64,000 nucleotides of DNA from a virus, in the IMG/VR virus record IMGVR_UViG_3300012642_000011, positions 1 through 64,000 of that record, one strand, 5' to 3'. Position 1 is the stretch's first letter. The number at the start of each line of letters is the position of its first letter. The position numbers and the translations under genes were made by a program. The notes under the pieces are model-generated. The model searched no databases. It was not told the origin of the DNA and saw nothing but the letters and a program-made list of their open reading frames with translations. Below, one piece after another: positions 29,719-39,391 of this stretch.

Positions 29719-30446
29719 AATACTTTAAAGAGACTATCCAGCATAAATTCAAAGACGGAAAAGATGATGGTGATTCTGTCCTCACCCCCTTCCTGATTGG
29801 CATCCCATTATTGGTTGGAATGTGGGTCATGGGAATGTCAATTTCAGATCAGGCTGTTAACGCTGCTACACAGAGGTCGCTTGCACAGAATGCTGTCAAC
29901 AGGGGAGCATCCCAAATCAAAGGCGATGGTTTTATTCATAAGAACAAGGCTATCAATGCTACTATTAGTGCGTATGAGAACTCCGATCAAACAAGGACAG
30001 TAGGACAGGCATCTGCAGAAGGCGTTTGTGATACGATTGATTTGAAGGGTACTGTTGGTCTTGATGGACAATTAAGAAAAGATTCAAAAGTGGTGAGTGC
30101 TCCCTATTATGAATTCCAGCTAGTATCATCTGGTGTAAGTGGGAACCTTTCTGACAGGATCAATGATAATGGACTTGTGGAAGGTCGAGGATCTTATAAG
30201 GGATATGGGGGAACTACAGCTTCCGGTATAGTACCTCTTTCACATGGCGCGGCAGAACTTCCTGAAAACGAGGCTTCATCAGGGTCTTATGACATCTTGA
30301 GAGTAAAGATCTATGATGCTTCACAGAGTATGTTCCATCTTGAGCCATGGGTATCTACTTGTAATGTGCAGGAGGCTGAAGTCAGCGCTGCTATTTCTAT
30401 GAGCACGGATGCTTATAGTGAGTCTTCTGAATCGCCATCTCCATGA
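29715..30446 (+). CDS. TadE/TadG-like pseudopilin (paralog)
   Basis: ...DDGDSVLTPFLIGIPLLVGMWVMG. Its start overlaps the previous stop. Confidence 0.45.
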   Translation: MKYFKETIQHKFKDGKDDGDSVLTPFLIGIPLLVGMWVMGMSISDQAVNAATQRSLAQNAVNRGASQIKGDGFIHKNKAINATISAYENSDQTRTVGQASAEGVCDTIDLKGTVGLDGQLRKDSKVVSAPYYEFQLVSSGVSGNLSDRINDNGLVEGRGSYKGYGGTTASGIVPLSHGAAELPENEASSGSYDILRVKIYDASQSMFHLEPWVSTCNVQEAEVSAAISMSTDAYSESSESPSP

Positions 30447-30517
30447 TCTCTATCATTAGAGAATAAAGTATCATCATTGACATTCATGATATGATGTGAT
30501 AGCATTAAAATATTGAA

Positions 30518-30583
30518 ACCGAGGCTAACAGATCAGGAGGTTATTAAAACTTCTAAAGAAAAATCTGTTAACCTCGGTTTTTC
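30518..30583 (+). terminator. Long-range hairpin (16-bp stem, ~30-nt loop) followed by T-run. Terminator or small structured RNA.
   Basis: accgaggctaacagat ... atctgttaacctcggt (1 mismatch) then ttttt. Confidence 0.35.
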
Positions 30584-30684
30584 TATGGTCAAGATGCTAT
30601 GATGTCTATAGTACAACTGAATAAGCAATACGGCGCGGAACTTTGCCGAGAAAAGTTCAATAGTCTATTAGATAGGGAGAGTCC

Positions 30685-32142
30685 ATGATCAACGATAACA
30701 ACACCAAGGTTTCCGAATTTCTCAAGGAAAAGGAGGTGGTTGTCGATACATCAATTCTTCTTGATTTCAGCCCCTCCATGTTGCAGGAATTCAGCAATTG
30801 CGTTTTTGTGATTCCAGCAGTGGTGATCAGGGAGTTGGAGGAAAAGAGATCACACAGCACGCTTGGCTATTCTGCAAGAGCATGGTTGCATCTGATTGAG
30901 GATACTCTCATCTCTGATGGTAAGGATAATTTTGAAAAGGGTGTATTGATCCCAGAAACAGATAATGTGTATCTATCTATTGAGATGAATCACAAGAATC
31001 AGAGCACACTTCCACTTCCTCTTCAGGATGGAAGCAATGACAGCACAATCCTTGCCGTCCTTAAGAATCGATCCGAAGAGGAAAAAGCCAAAAGCGCAGA
31101 TGAGAGAAAAGATGTAGTGCTTCTTTCAAGAGATCTACCTATGAGGATCAATGCCAAGTTGCATCTTGAAAAAGATGCTTATGATCTTTCAACTGAAGTG
31201 CGACCTTTCGATGGTGTTTATCATGTAAACCTCTCCGATGAGGAAGTCAACATGGCCTATGATGAGGATGATAGTGGTGTGGTCTCTGCTGAGTTCCAAA
31301 CTCTTGTTCTCAGTAGACTGCCAGAGGGCGCTGCAAGTAGTGCTCTCATCGTGATAAATCAGAACAAGGCAATGACCTATTTGATGGTCAATAGGAAGAT
31401 TGTCAAGAATCTTTCTAGTGAAGCATGTAGAATCAAAGCAAGGAATAATAGCATCAATATTGTTCCAAGATCAATTGAGCAGAAGGCATTGGTGGAATAC
31501 ATCAATGAGTCATCAGATAGCATTCCTGTCGTCTCTGTAGGTGGAAATGCAGGTGGTGGAAAGACGATGGTTGCTCTTGCTGCCTCTATCGCTCAAGTAA
31601 AAGACGCGCATACGCCTTACAGAAAGGTGCTTGTCTTTAGGAGTCTTCACGAGATGGGTCAGGGTCAGGAGATGGGATTCCTGCCAGGTACTATTGAAGA
31701 CAAGATGGCACCATGGGCAGGTGCTATTGATGATGCTTTGGAATCCATTGCCACAATTTCCAATGAGTCTAAGAATAAGAGTACATCAAAGGAGAATATT
31801 AATAAGGAGAAGGAGAAACTGTATGAGTTCATTGAAGTACAGCCTATCACTTACCTCAGAGGCCGCTCCATCTCCAACGCTATTTTGATTATTGAAGAGG
31901 CGCAGAACTTCTCTTCTTCAGAGTTGCTGCACATTCTTTCCAGAGCAGGAAAGGATTCTAAGATCATCCTCACTTTTGATGCGGCTCAGGTAGATAATAA
32001 GTACTTAAGGTCTGGTCAGAATGCTGATGTGTGGAAGTTGATCGACCAGCTTAAGGACAAGGGCGTTGCTGCTCACATCACATTGAAGAAGACAGAGAGG
32101 TCTAAGATTGCAGAGGTGGCATCTGCTATCTTGGAAAAGTGA
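30685..32142 (+). CDS. PIN-domain PhoH-like ATPase (YlaK/PhoH2 type)
   Basis: N-terminal PIN (VVVDTSILLD). PhoH P-loop VSVGGNAGGGKT. Confidence 0.7.
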   Translation: MINDNNTKVSEFLKEKEVVVDTSILLDFSPSMLQEFSNCVFVIPAVVIRELEEKRSHSTLGYSARAWLHLIEDTLISDGKDNFEKGVLIPETDNVYLSIEMNHKNQSTLPLPLQDGSNDSTILAVLKNRSEEEKAKSADERKDVVLLSRDLPMRINAKLHLEKDAYDLSTEVRPFDGVYHVNLSDEEVNMAYDEDDSGVVSAEFQTLVLSRLPEGAASSALIVINQNKAMTYLMVNRKIVKNLSSEACRIKARNNSINIVPRSIEQKALVEYINESSDSIPVVSVGGNAGGGKTMVALAASIAQVKDAHTPYRKVLVFRSLHEMGQGQEMGFLPGTIEDKMAPWAGAIDDALESIATISNESKNKSTSKENINKEKEKLYEFIEVQPITYLRGRSISNAILIIEEAQNFSSSELLHILSRAGKDSKIILTFDAAQVDNKYLRSGQNADVWKLIDQLKDKGVAAHITLKKTERSKIAEVASAILEK

Positions 32143-32192
32143 TGCTCTTCAGATCAAATAACTGAATAATTCAGAAGGCCGTTGACCCTATT

Positions 32193-35100
32193 GTGATATT
32201 GAAAATAGAGTCAGCGGCCTTCTCTTTTTGTGTCTATTTAGAGAAAACTGATACCAGAACCAAAAAGACGAGCAGGAGAATAACCTTGAGCGGGAATGCA
32301 AACTACCTGAGTTCTCAGTACACTTCACCAGTTGAGACGAAGAAGATCACATCTGTTTTCAATGCAGCCAGTGCGATTGCTCTGGCCTTAATTGTGCTTG
32401 TGATGACCTTTCTTCCTTTAGGTATTTCTTCTCTTACAAATAATAATTCAGGTTCTCCCGATCAGCATTCTGTTTCTGTAGGTCAGGCAGAGGCATCATT
32501 GTTCTGTAGCCCAGGACTAGGCGTTGGAATGGGTGATAAAAATGATTGGACTACACCACTAAGTACTTTCCCTAATGGAGAATCAGAGAACAGAGTATTC
32601 ACTGCACAAGAGGCATTTGCTAACAACGCTTTCTTTGTCAACTTTTATGGTGAGAATGAGAACCCTGGCTGGTTCTTCTTTGCAAGAGATGTGAACCAAG
32701 AGGCATGGGGTGAGAACCCACGCATGGAAGACATTCAGAGTTCACGAGGTGGCGCTGGGTGTATTATAAACCCTCTAGGAAGAACTGTTGCTAATCTTGG
32801 TCTTGCACTTGCCAATGGATTCTCGTTTGTCTCAGGAGCGGTTATCAGTTGGGCGTTCAACCCTGAATTCATCTGCCAGCCAAATGCCCCAGAAGGCACA
32901 GTATGCTTTAACCTTCTTGGATTTATTGGTGGAGATGGAGGAAGTGAAGAAGGTCTGATCGCTTCTCTCACCAAGAGTATTTATTTCCCTCTCCTTGTTT
33001 TGATGTCTGTGCTTTCTGGAATGTGGATTATTTGGGAAGGAGGCAAGAGACGAGTAAGGTCAGCACTAGGTGGAGCATTGTGGTCTATTGTCGTGGTTAT
33101 GCTCGGTATTGGATTCCTCGGTAACCCACAACTTCTTGCACGTGCCCCTATGGAGATCACTAACACCATGGCATCTTGTGTAATTGGCGTCATGGGTGGA
33201 GATAACTGTTTGACAGGAGAACGTGGTGTATCTTTGGTGCCTGAGAATGGTACATCATCAAGAGATAACCTGTGTGTTTCCTCATCAAATGGTTCTGGAA
33301 TTGGATCAGGAAAAACCATGTCCATGACAGTCAATTCCATTAATTGCCAAATTTGGAAGAGTTTTGTTCTTAACCCCATTTCCTACGGATCTTTTGGTAC
33401 AAGTTTTGAAAGACTTGATGCATATAGTCCTCAGGTTAGACCATTGATTGAGAAAGCAGGATATAGTCCAGAAGATTTCTGTGTCAACATGGGGTCAAGT
33501 AGGTCTGCTGACAGCATGAAGAATGGTATTCTCGTTCTAGACAAGTCAGATGTGCAGATTTGTAACTTGATGATCTATCAAGCATTCTTGTCTTCAAAGG
33601 CTTCAATGCAACCAGACATTACCATAGATGCTCTCAATAATCCTGAATCAAGAGACGCTGATTGGTATAAGTTGGTCAACGTCATTGCCCAAGATCAAGG
33701 AATGTGGTCTTCATGGAATTCCAATAATTCAATGGGATTCACAGAAGACTTGACCATGAGTGGATTGGCTGTCTTCATGTCCATTGTTGGTGGGCTGATC
33801 TTGATGGCTATTGGACTCTCTGCCCTCATGTTCTACATACTGTCTTTGATCATGTTGATCTTTGCTCCCTTCTTCTTGCTCTTTGCAGCACATCCAGGTA
33901 GAGGAAAGAGGATCTTCTTCGGCTGGCTTGAGAATGTTGTTGGCTACCTGATCAAATATGTCGTATCCGCTTTGTTCTTGGTCATCACTATAGCATTCTA
34001 TGGTGCAGCACTTGCAGGCATGGACAACATTTTGATGACTATGATTTTCATCATCCTTATCAGCCTTGTTCTGTGGTACTACAGGTCAGAAATAATGGAA
34101 CTCATTGGTCGTGTCAATATGGGTGGAGAACAGATAGGACGTAAGACCACTGATGCGCTTAAGCAGAGGTTCGGCAACGATGGAGAACGTTGGAAGAGAG
34201 TCAGCAGAAGTGCAATGGGCGGTGCTGTGGGATCAGCCTTTGCTGGTGGAAGCCTCAAGGCTGGAGTTGTGGATGGTGCAACCAGAGAACTCAAGAAGGG
34301 CAACACCACTCTGGCAGCCACTATGCGTGCTATGGATCGTACAAGCCTTCAGAACAGGAAAGAACTCAAGGCCAAGATGGAGCAGTCTGCAAATGCTGTC
34401 AGAAATGCAGAGGCTACACACAATGCAGCAGTCTCTTCTTACAACACTGTAAAGCAGGATGCAGAGGGAAGATCGGAATCTGTACGAGATCATCAGGCAA
34501 AGCTTTCTTATCTTGACCAGAACAAGAAGGCCAACGATCAGGCTGCTCAGGACGTACTCTATGACATGCAAGAATCCGAATACAATAAGCATCAACAATT
34601 CATTAATGACATCAATAATGATGAATCATTGAGTGATGAAGAGAAGCAGGAGGCCATCTCCCAGTTCGAGCAGACCAGTTCTACCAAGAGCAACCAGCAA
34701 ATGTATGCTGACCTTGCCGAGTTGAAAGAACTTGAAAATGCTATCCGTGACATGAAGTTGAACATTCAAGTTGCTGAAGCCAACGGCGAAGATACTACTG
34801 CGCTTGAGAATCAGTTGCAAGACCTCAAGGATGAGAAGCAAGAACTCATGGGAAGGCATTCTACTGAAGAATGGAACAATGCCAAGGAGAAGTTCGAGAT
34901 GGAGTTCGAAACCGAACTCTCTATCAGAGACATTGAGCGCTTTGATGCCGATTCCGAATCCGCAATGGTTGAGCATGTTGTGAAACTTGCTGAAGACAAA
35001 GAAGCACTTGCAAACATCTCTGATGATGTAACAAGTCGTGGAAATGATCTTGCTATTGCAGCATCTACATTGGCAGCATCAAAGATTGCTCATGATGCTT

Positions 35101-37976
35101 ACTCCAACAAATACTATGATTTGAATGCATCTGATCTGTACACCCACAAGGATGTTGAGAGGACAGAAAATGAAGTCATGAAGAGTCAGGATGTTCAAAG
35201 AGTCATTGATGGACAAATGACACCAGAAGAGTTCGCTGAGAAGTGGAACGGTGAAGACTACATGGACACCAACTACTACCAGAGATTCAGAGATTCTGAG
35301 AGAGTTATGGACCCTGAAGATGAATACGATGTTCAAGACTTCAAGGACAAATGGGGAAATGATGCTACACCATTGAACACTAATGCTCTCAAGGATAATG
35401 CAAATCTCTCTCACATAGAGGATGCTGATCGTTTTAGAAGAACATCTGAAGGTGTGTCTATTGATGAGTTTGACATGGACACCGCTTCAAGAAGAGACTT
35501 CAATTGGGAAGACACCATTGATCCTCGCGGTAATGATGATCCAAACGATCTCCCTAACGATGATGATCTAAGAGATCCTAACGGAAACGACGATCCAAAC
35601 GATCTTCCTGACGATGATAATGTCAACAGTGGTGATAATGAGGGTCCAAGAACACGCGACTATGAGCGCCCACTCGATAGCGATAGGACTACAGGCAGGT
35701 TTAATACCGCTGCTGATGATGAGCCTATTGATTACGAGATGCCTACGCCTGAAACCATGCCATATGGTTATGATGACTCTTATAGTGATGATCTGCCTGA
35801 TGATGACGATGCGCCATTCGTTGATCCTGTTACAAATGAGAATTATACTCAGGAAGAAGTCGAAGAGATGCAGGCTGCAGGCTACCAGTTCTCCACTCCT
35901 GATACTGACAAGCCATATACTCGTGAGGACTTGTCAAGATACAGTGATGAAGAGATCGCAGAAATGTATCCTGATCCTGCTGTATCTGAATCTGCAAGAG
36001 ACTTTGATGCTCCTGCACGAACCGCTGAGGACTTGTCAAGGTACAGTGATGAAGAGATCGCAGAGATGTACCCTGATCCTGCTGTATCTGAATCTGCAAG
36101 AGACTTTGATGCTCCTGCACGAACCGCTGAGGACTTGTCAAGGTACAGTGATGAAGAGATTGCAGAGATGTATCCTGATAACAGACCTGAAGTTTCATCT
36201 TCAACGGATCTTCCATCTGCAACAACACCTGTTGATACACGAGCAGAGACAGTACCACCTGTTGTTGTTCCTGTTGATCCAGTACAACAGCCACAGGACC
36301 AGCATGTTGATGCATCTTTTGACAGTACCTCAAGTCAGGACAGAAATGTGGACAGCGTACCTGAGGTGGAGACTCCTGTTGAAACCGACACAACAACTGC
36401 CCGTAACGAAAGACCAGTTCGTGATCAGGGACCAGTTCGTGACGAAGTACCAATGGCTGTTCCAACATCTGAGGACAGAAGAGTTCCTTCAGGAGAGATG
36501 CCTGATGTTATCCCTTCAACACCTGTAGAATCAATCGTTGACAGGCCAGATGAGACTCTGACACGAGTGGAATCTGCACCAGTTGAGGGAACACGAGATC
36601 CAGTGCAAACAGAGGAAGTTCGCACACCACGCTCATCTGATGAGACAAGTCGTGTAGTGAATGAGAACAATGATCGTGTGGTTCCAAGTGTTGACAACTC
36701 TGATGATAGAGCAGTCCCAACTCAAAATGACAATAATGTCTTGAGGGATGCCGAAAATGAGTTGAGAGATGCTGATGTTGCTAACAGAAATGCACAAGAG
36801 TACTTGAGGGCTGAGGCTGAAAGACTTGCTAGGGCACAGCAGGCAAATACTGATACTGTAGCAGACAGGGCGGTAGTAGCAGATAGCCTTTCTGAAGGGG
36901 CGATAAGAGATCTCCCATCAAGGTCTGACAACATGAATGATGCTGTTGTAGATAGAGAGGGTGTTGCTCCAACTATTCCTGTTAGGGAAGCCCCTGTTGC
37001 CTCTGAGAAGCGTCAGAATGAGTTCAGCGCACAATCACGTCAAGATGATGTGAGAGCGCCGCAGATCGATAGCAGTGCTCTTCCAGAGAACATTGTGGTA
37101 GATGATGCATCTTCTGTTGCTCCTACTCCATCTGTGGATCGCAATGTGGCAACTCCTGTAAACAACGTTGACACAACACCTGCTGAAAGCAGAAGAAGCA
37201 ATGTGGATGCAACAGAAGCAAGACCTGTAATTAACGAGACAAGGCAGGTTCCTTCTGAGAAGCCAGCAGTGGTAGAAAACAATGAGTCTGCACCTAGAGT
37301 GAATGACAGAATCGACAATGTAGTGATTGATAGAGATGCATCAGCAACTCCTTCAGACACCAGAACTGAGGCACCTAGAGCAGAAAAGGTTGAAACAGTT
37401 AAACCACAGCGTGATACACCTGTTGAGCCAAAGGTAGTGACTGTAGAGAAGGAAGTTCCTGCCGTTGTTGAGAGGACAGTTCCTTCAGAGAATAATGCAT
37501 CGCAGAGGGTAGTTGAGAATGATTCTCAGACACGTCCTTCTGGCGAGGGTTCTTCACAGAGACGTGATGGTGAGGAGACAACGTTGGCTGATAGAGTTGG
37601 ATCTTTCTTCAGAAGTAAGGATGAATCTTCTACTGCTGGAAATGATAGAAGAAGTGAAAATGTCGATTCTAACAGAGGTGAGAGCGATTCTACGAGACAA
37701 AAAGCAAGGTCTATCTCTGATAATGCTAGAAGAATCAGAGAGCAGGCAGAGGCGGCTTTGAGAGAGGCTGACAAGATCGGTTCTGAAGCAGACAGGGTAG
37801 AGAGAAATGTGGGAAGTCGAAACGTGGACCCACGAGGAACAATGGCTGATAGGGATACGGATTCTGAGGTAAGAAGATATATGTCTGAAAACAAATCTGA
37901 ACCTGACAATAAGCCTAAGTTGAGAAGGGTTGCTCCCAAGGTGGACAGAAGAATGAAGGAAGAGCGTGATTCGTGA
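32193..37976 (+). CDS. Giant (up to 1927 aa) polytopic membrane protein, VirB6/TrbL/TcpH-like. N-terminal extracytoplasmic domain, TM cluster, coiled coil, long disordered acidic/Pro-Val-Thr-rich tail.
   Basis: TM block FAPFFLLFAAHPGRGKR is paralogous to LPFVLLVGILPGPGRR (54976) and FAPVVLLVGCFPGQGWE (59166). The start is uncertain (TTG 32285 after AGGAGA is plausible). Contains 102-bp tandem repeats. Confidence 0.55.
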   Translation: MILKIESAAFSFCVYLEKTDTRTKKTSRRITLSGNANYLSSQYTSPVETKKITSVFNAASAIALALIVLVMTFLPLGISSLTNNNSGSPDQHSVSVGQAEASLFCSPGLGVGMGDKNDWTTPLSTFPNGESENRVFTAQEAFANNAFFVNFYGENENPGWFFFARDVNQEAWGENPRMEDIQSSRGGAGCIINPLGRTVANLGLALANGFSFVSGAVISWAFNPEFICQPNAPEGTVCFNLLGFIGGDGGSEEGLIASLTKSIYFPLLVLMSVLSGMWIIWEGGKRRVRSALGGALWSIVVVMLGIGFLGNPQLLARAPMEITNTMASCVIGVMGGDNCLTGERGVSLVPENGTSSRDNLCVSSSNGSGIGSGKTMSMTVNSINCQIWKSFVLNPISYGSFGTSFERLDAYSPQVRPLIEKAGYSPEDFCVNMGSSRSADSMKNGILVLDKSDVQICNLMIYQAFLSSKASMQPDITIDALNNPESRDADWYKLVNVIAQDQGMWSSWNSNNSMGFTEDLTMSGLAVFMSIVGGLILMAIGLSALMFYILSLIMLIFAPFFLLFAAHPGRGKRIFFGWLENVVGYLIKYVVSALFLVITIAFYGAALAGMDNILMTMIFIILISLVLWYYRSEIMELIGRVNMGGEQIGRKTTDALKQRFGNDGERWKRVSRSAMGGAVGSAFAGGSLKAGVVDGATRELKKGNTTLAATMRAMDRTSLQNRKELKAKMEQSANAVRNAEATHNAAVSSYNTVKQDAEGRSESVRDHQAKLSYLDQNKKANDQAAQDVLYDMQESEYNKHQQFINDINNDESLSDEEKQEAISQFEQTSSTKSNQQMYADLAELKELENAIRDMKLNIQVAEANGEDTTALENQLQDLKDEKQELMGRHSTEEWNNAKEKFEMEFETELSIRDIERFDADSESAMVEHVVKLAEDKEALANISDDVTSRGNDLAIAASTLAASKIAHDAYSNKYYDLNASDLYTHKDVERTENEVMKSQDVQRVIDGQMTPEEFAEKWNGEDYMDTNYYQRFRDSERVMDPEDEYDVQDFKDKWGNDATPLNTNALKDNANLSHIEDADRFRRTSEGVSIDEFDMDTASRRDFNWEDTIDPRGNDDPNDLPNDDDLRDPNGNDDPNDLPDDDNVNSGDNEGPRTRDYERPLDSDRTTGRFNTAADDEPIDYEMPTPETMPYGYDDSYSDDLPDDDDAPFVDPVTNENYTQEEVEEMQAAGYQFSTPDTDKPYTREDLSRYSDEEIAEMYPDPAVSESARDFDAPARTAEDLSRYSDEEIAEMYPDPAVSESARDFDAPARTAEDLSRYSDEEIAEMYPDNRPEVSSSTDLPSATTPVDTRAETVPPVVVPVDPVQQPQDQHVDASFDSTSSQDRNVDSVPEVETPVETDTTTARNERPVRDQGPVRDEVPMAVPTSEDRRVPSGEMPDVIPSTPVESIVDRPDETLTRVESAPVEGTRDPVQTEEVRTPRSSDETSRVVNENNDRVVPSVDNSDDRAVPTQNDNNVLRDAENELRDADVANRNAQEYLRAEAERLARAQQANTDTVADRAVVADSLSEGAIRDLPSRSDNMNDAVVDREGVAPTIPVREAPVASEKRQNEFSAQSRQDDVRAPQIDSSALPENIVVDDASSVAPTPSVDRNVATPVNNVDTTPAESRRSNVDATEARPVINETRQVPSEKPAVVENNESAPRVNDRIDNVVIDRDASATPSDTRTEAPRAEKVETVKPQRDTPVEPKVVTVEKEVPAVVERTVPSENNASQRVVENDSQTRPSGEGSSQRRDGEETTLADRVGSFFRSKDESSTAGNDRRSENVDSNRGESDSTRQKARSISDNARRIREQAEAALREADKIGSEADRVERNVGSRNVDPRGTMADRDTDSEVRRYMSENKSEPDNKPKLRRVAPKVDRRMKEERDS
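35925..36180 (+). repeat. Tandem repeat of period 102 bp (about 2.5 copies), in frame, encoding 34-aa repeats DLSRYSDEEIAEMYPDPAVSESARDFDAPARTAE
   Basis: Near-identical units start at 35925, 36027 and 36129. Confidence 0.85.
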
Positions 37977-39391
37977 TGGCTTTGAAGGATGATCTAAAAT
38001 CAAAGGCCGTTGATGCTGTTTCTTCTAATTCAGAAAGAATTCAGAAAACAAGAGATACGATTCGTCGTGCTCGGAAAGTTGCGCAACTTTCAACTTCCAC
38101 TTTCTCCAACTTGGCTTCTGTTTTAATGAATCCTGCAACATGGGTCGCTGCTCTCGTTGTGGCTCTTTTATTCAGTATTGTCGTTGGCGGAATGGCTGTT
38201 TCTCAAACTTTTGGAAGGAATGAGAATGCTGATGGTTGCTTTGGAATCGGTGGTCCCAGAGGCAAAGGAGGCGGAAGTGTAAACGTTCCCGATACAGGAG
38301 ACATGTGGGGAAATGCTAATGCTATTGCTACATGGCTATTGTCTCATAACTTTGCTGTTCTGGGAAACAAGCCAATGACTTTGAATCAGGCTGCTGGAAT
38401 CCTTGGAAACTGGGGTCAGGAGTCAATGTATAACCCTTCTGCAGTTCAGCCCGGTCAATCAAGGCCAGATTTAAGCAATGAAGAGATCCTTTCATGGGGA
38501 GATGTCGGAGGAAAGGCTATTGGTCTTGCTCAGTGGGATGGTGTTCGTCGTCCACGATTAGTCCAGTTTGCTCAAGAGAGGGGTGTTCAATGGAATGATA
38601 TGTCAATCCAACTTGAATTCTTTGCTTATGAACTTGAGAATGAGATGTCTGTGATGACTTTTGAATTTGGATTCAATGACATCACCAAGAATGCAGAAGA
38701 AATGGTGATTGCATTTGAGAAGGGATTCGAGCGAGCAGGAAAGCCACACTATGAAAGAAGAATCCAGTTCGCCAATGACTTCCTTGCACAGTTCAATGGC
38801 GGTTATGCTGGTGGAACATCAGGTGGAAGTTGTACTATGAATTCTGCCAATACTTTAGATACATCTGATGTTGCACAGTTGGCTGCAAGACTGTCATACC
38901 CAACATCAGGTCAATCTTATGTTGATCCTAGTGATCTCAGTGGTCAGTCTGTGGCTAAAGCAGAGTATATTCAGGCTAAGAAGCAGGCTATGGATACAGC
39001 AGACAGAGATCCTTTGGAAACCCTGTATGCGTCTTGTGACCGATTTGTTGCTACAGTATTAAAACTTACTGTGGATAAGAATGTCCCATGGGGAGCAACA
39101 AGTCATCAGACTGAGTACTTTGCTAATTCTCCTAACTGGGAGAGGTACACAAAGAAGTCTGAAGCAAAGCCGGGAGACGTTTGGGTAACACAAACAAGTG
39201 GTCACATCATCCTTTATATTGGTGATGTGAACGGAACTGACAGTATTGCCCATGCATCTTATCAGGATAGGGTTGCTGGAATCGATCCATCTAGTTATTT
39301 GAATGAAAATTTGGTAGATACAAGTGGTAGAGCATACTACGGTTACAGGTTTGTGGGAGAGAGGTCTGGAAATGGCGAACTGGTTTATTGA
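37973..39391 (+). CDS. Secreted peptidoglycan hydrolase: phage-tail-lysozyme-like domain plus C-terminal CHAP/NlpC-P60 domain
   Basis: GNANAIATWLLSHNF...AAGILGNWGQESMYNP (tail-lysozyme-like). YASCDRFVATV and SGHIILYIGD (Cys and His of a CHAP-type fold). N-terminal TM. Translationally coupled to the giant gene. Confidence 0.55.
   Translation: MMALKDDLKSKAVDAVSSNSERIQKTRDTIRRARKVAQLSTSTFSNLASVLMNPATWVAALVVALLFSIVVGGMAVSQTFGRNENADGCFGIGGPRGKGGGSVNVPDTGDMWGNANAIATWLLSHNFAVLGNKPMTLNQAAGILGNWGQESMYNPSAVQPGQSRPDLSNEEILSWGDVGGKAIGLAQWDGVRRPRLVQFAQERGVQWNDMSIQLEFFAYELENEMSVMTFEFGFNDITKNAEEMVIAFEKGFERAGKPHYERRIQFANDFLAQFNGGYAGGTSGGSCTMNSANTLDTSDVAQLAARLSYPTSGQSYVDPSDLSGQSVAKAEYIQAKKQAMDTADRDPLETLYASCDRFVATVLKLTVDKNVPWGATSHQTEYFANSPNWERYTKKSEAKPGDVWVTQTSGHIILYIGDVNGTDSIAHASYQDRVAGIDPSSYLNENLVDTSGRAYYGYRFVGERSGNGELVY

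Noticed and set aside
35614-36528. 304-aa plus-strand ORF in an alternative frame, plus 212-aa minus-strand ORF 35830..36468
   Set aside because: They lie entirely inside the repeat-rich low-complexity part of the giant 32193..37976 gene. Their Met/Leu/Cys/His-rich products are typical out-of-frame artefacts of repetitive coding DNA.
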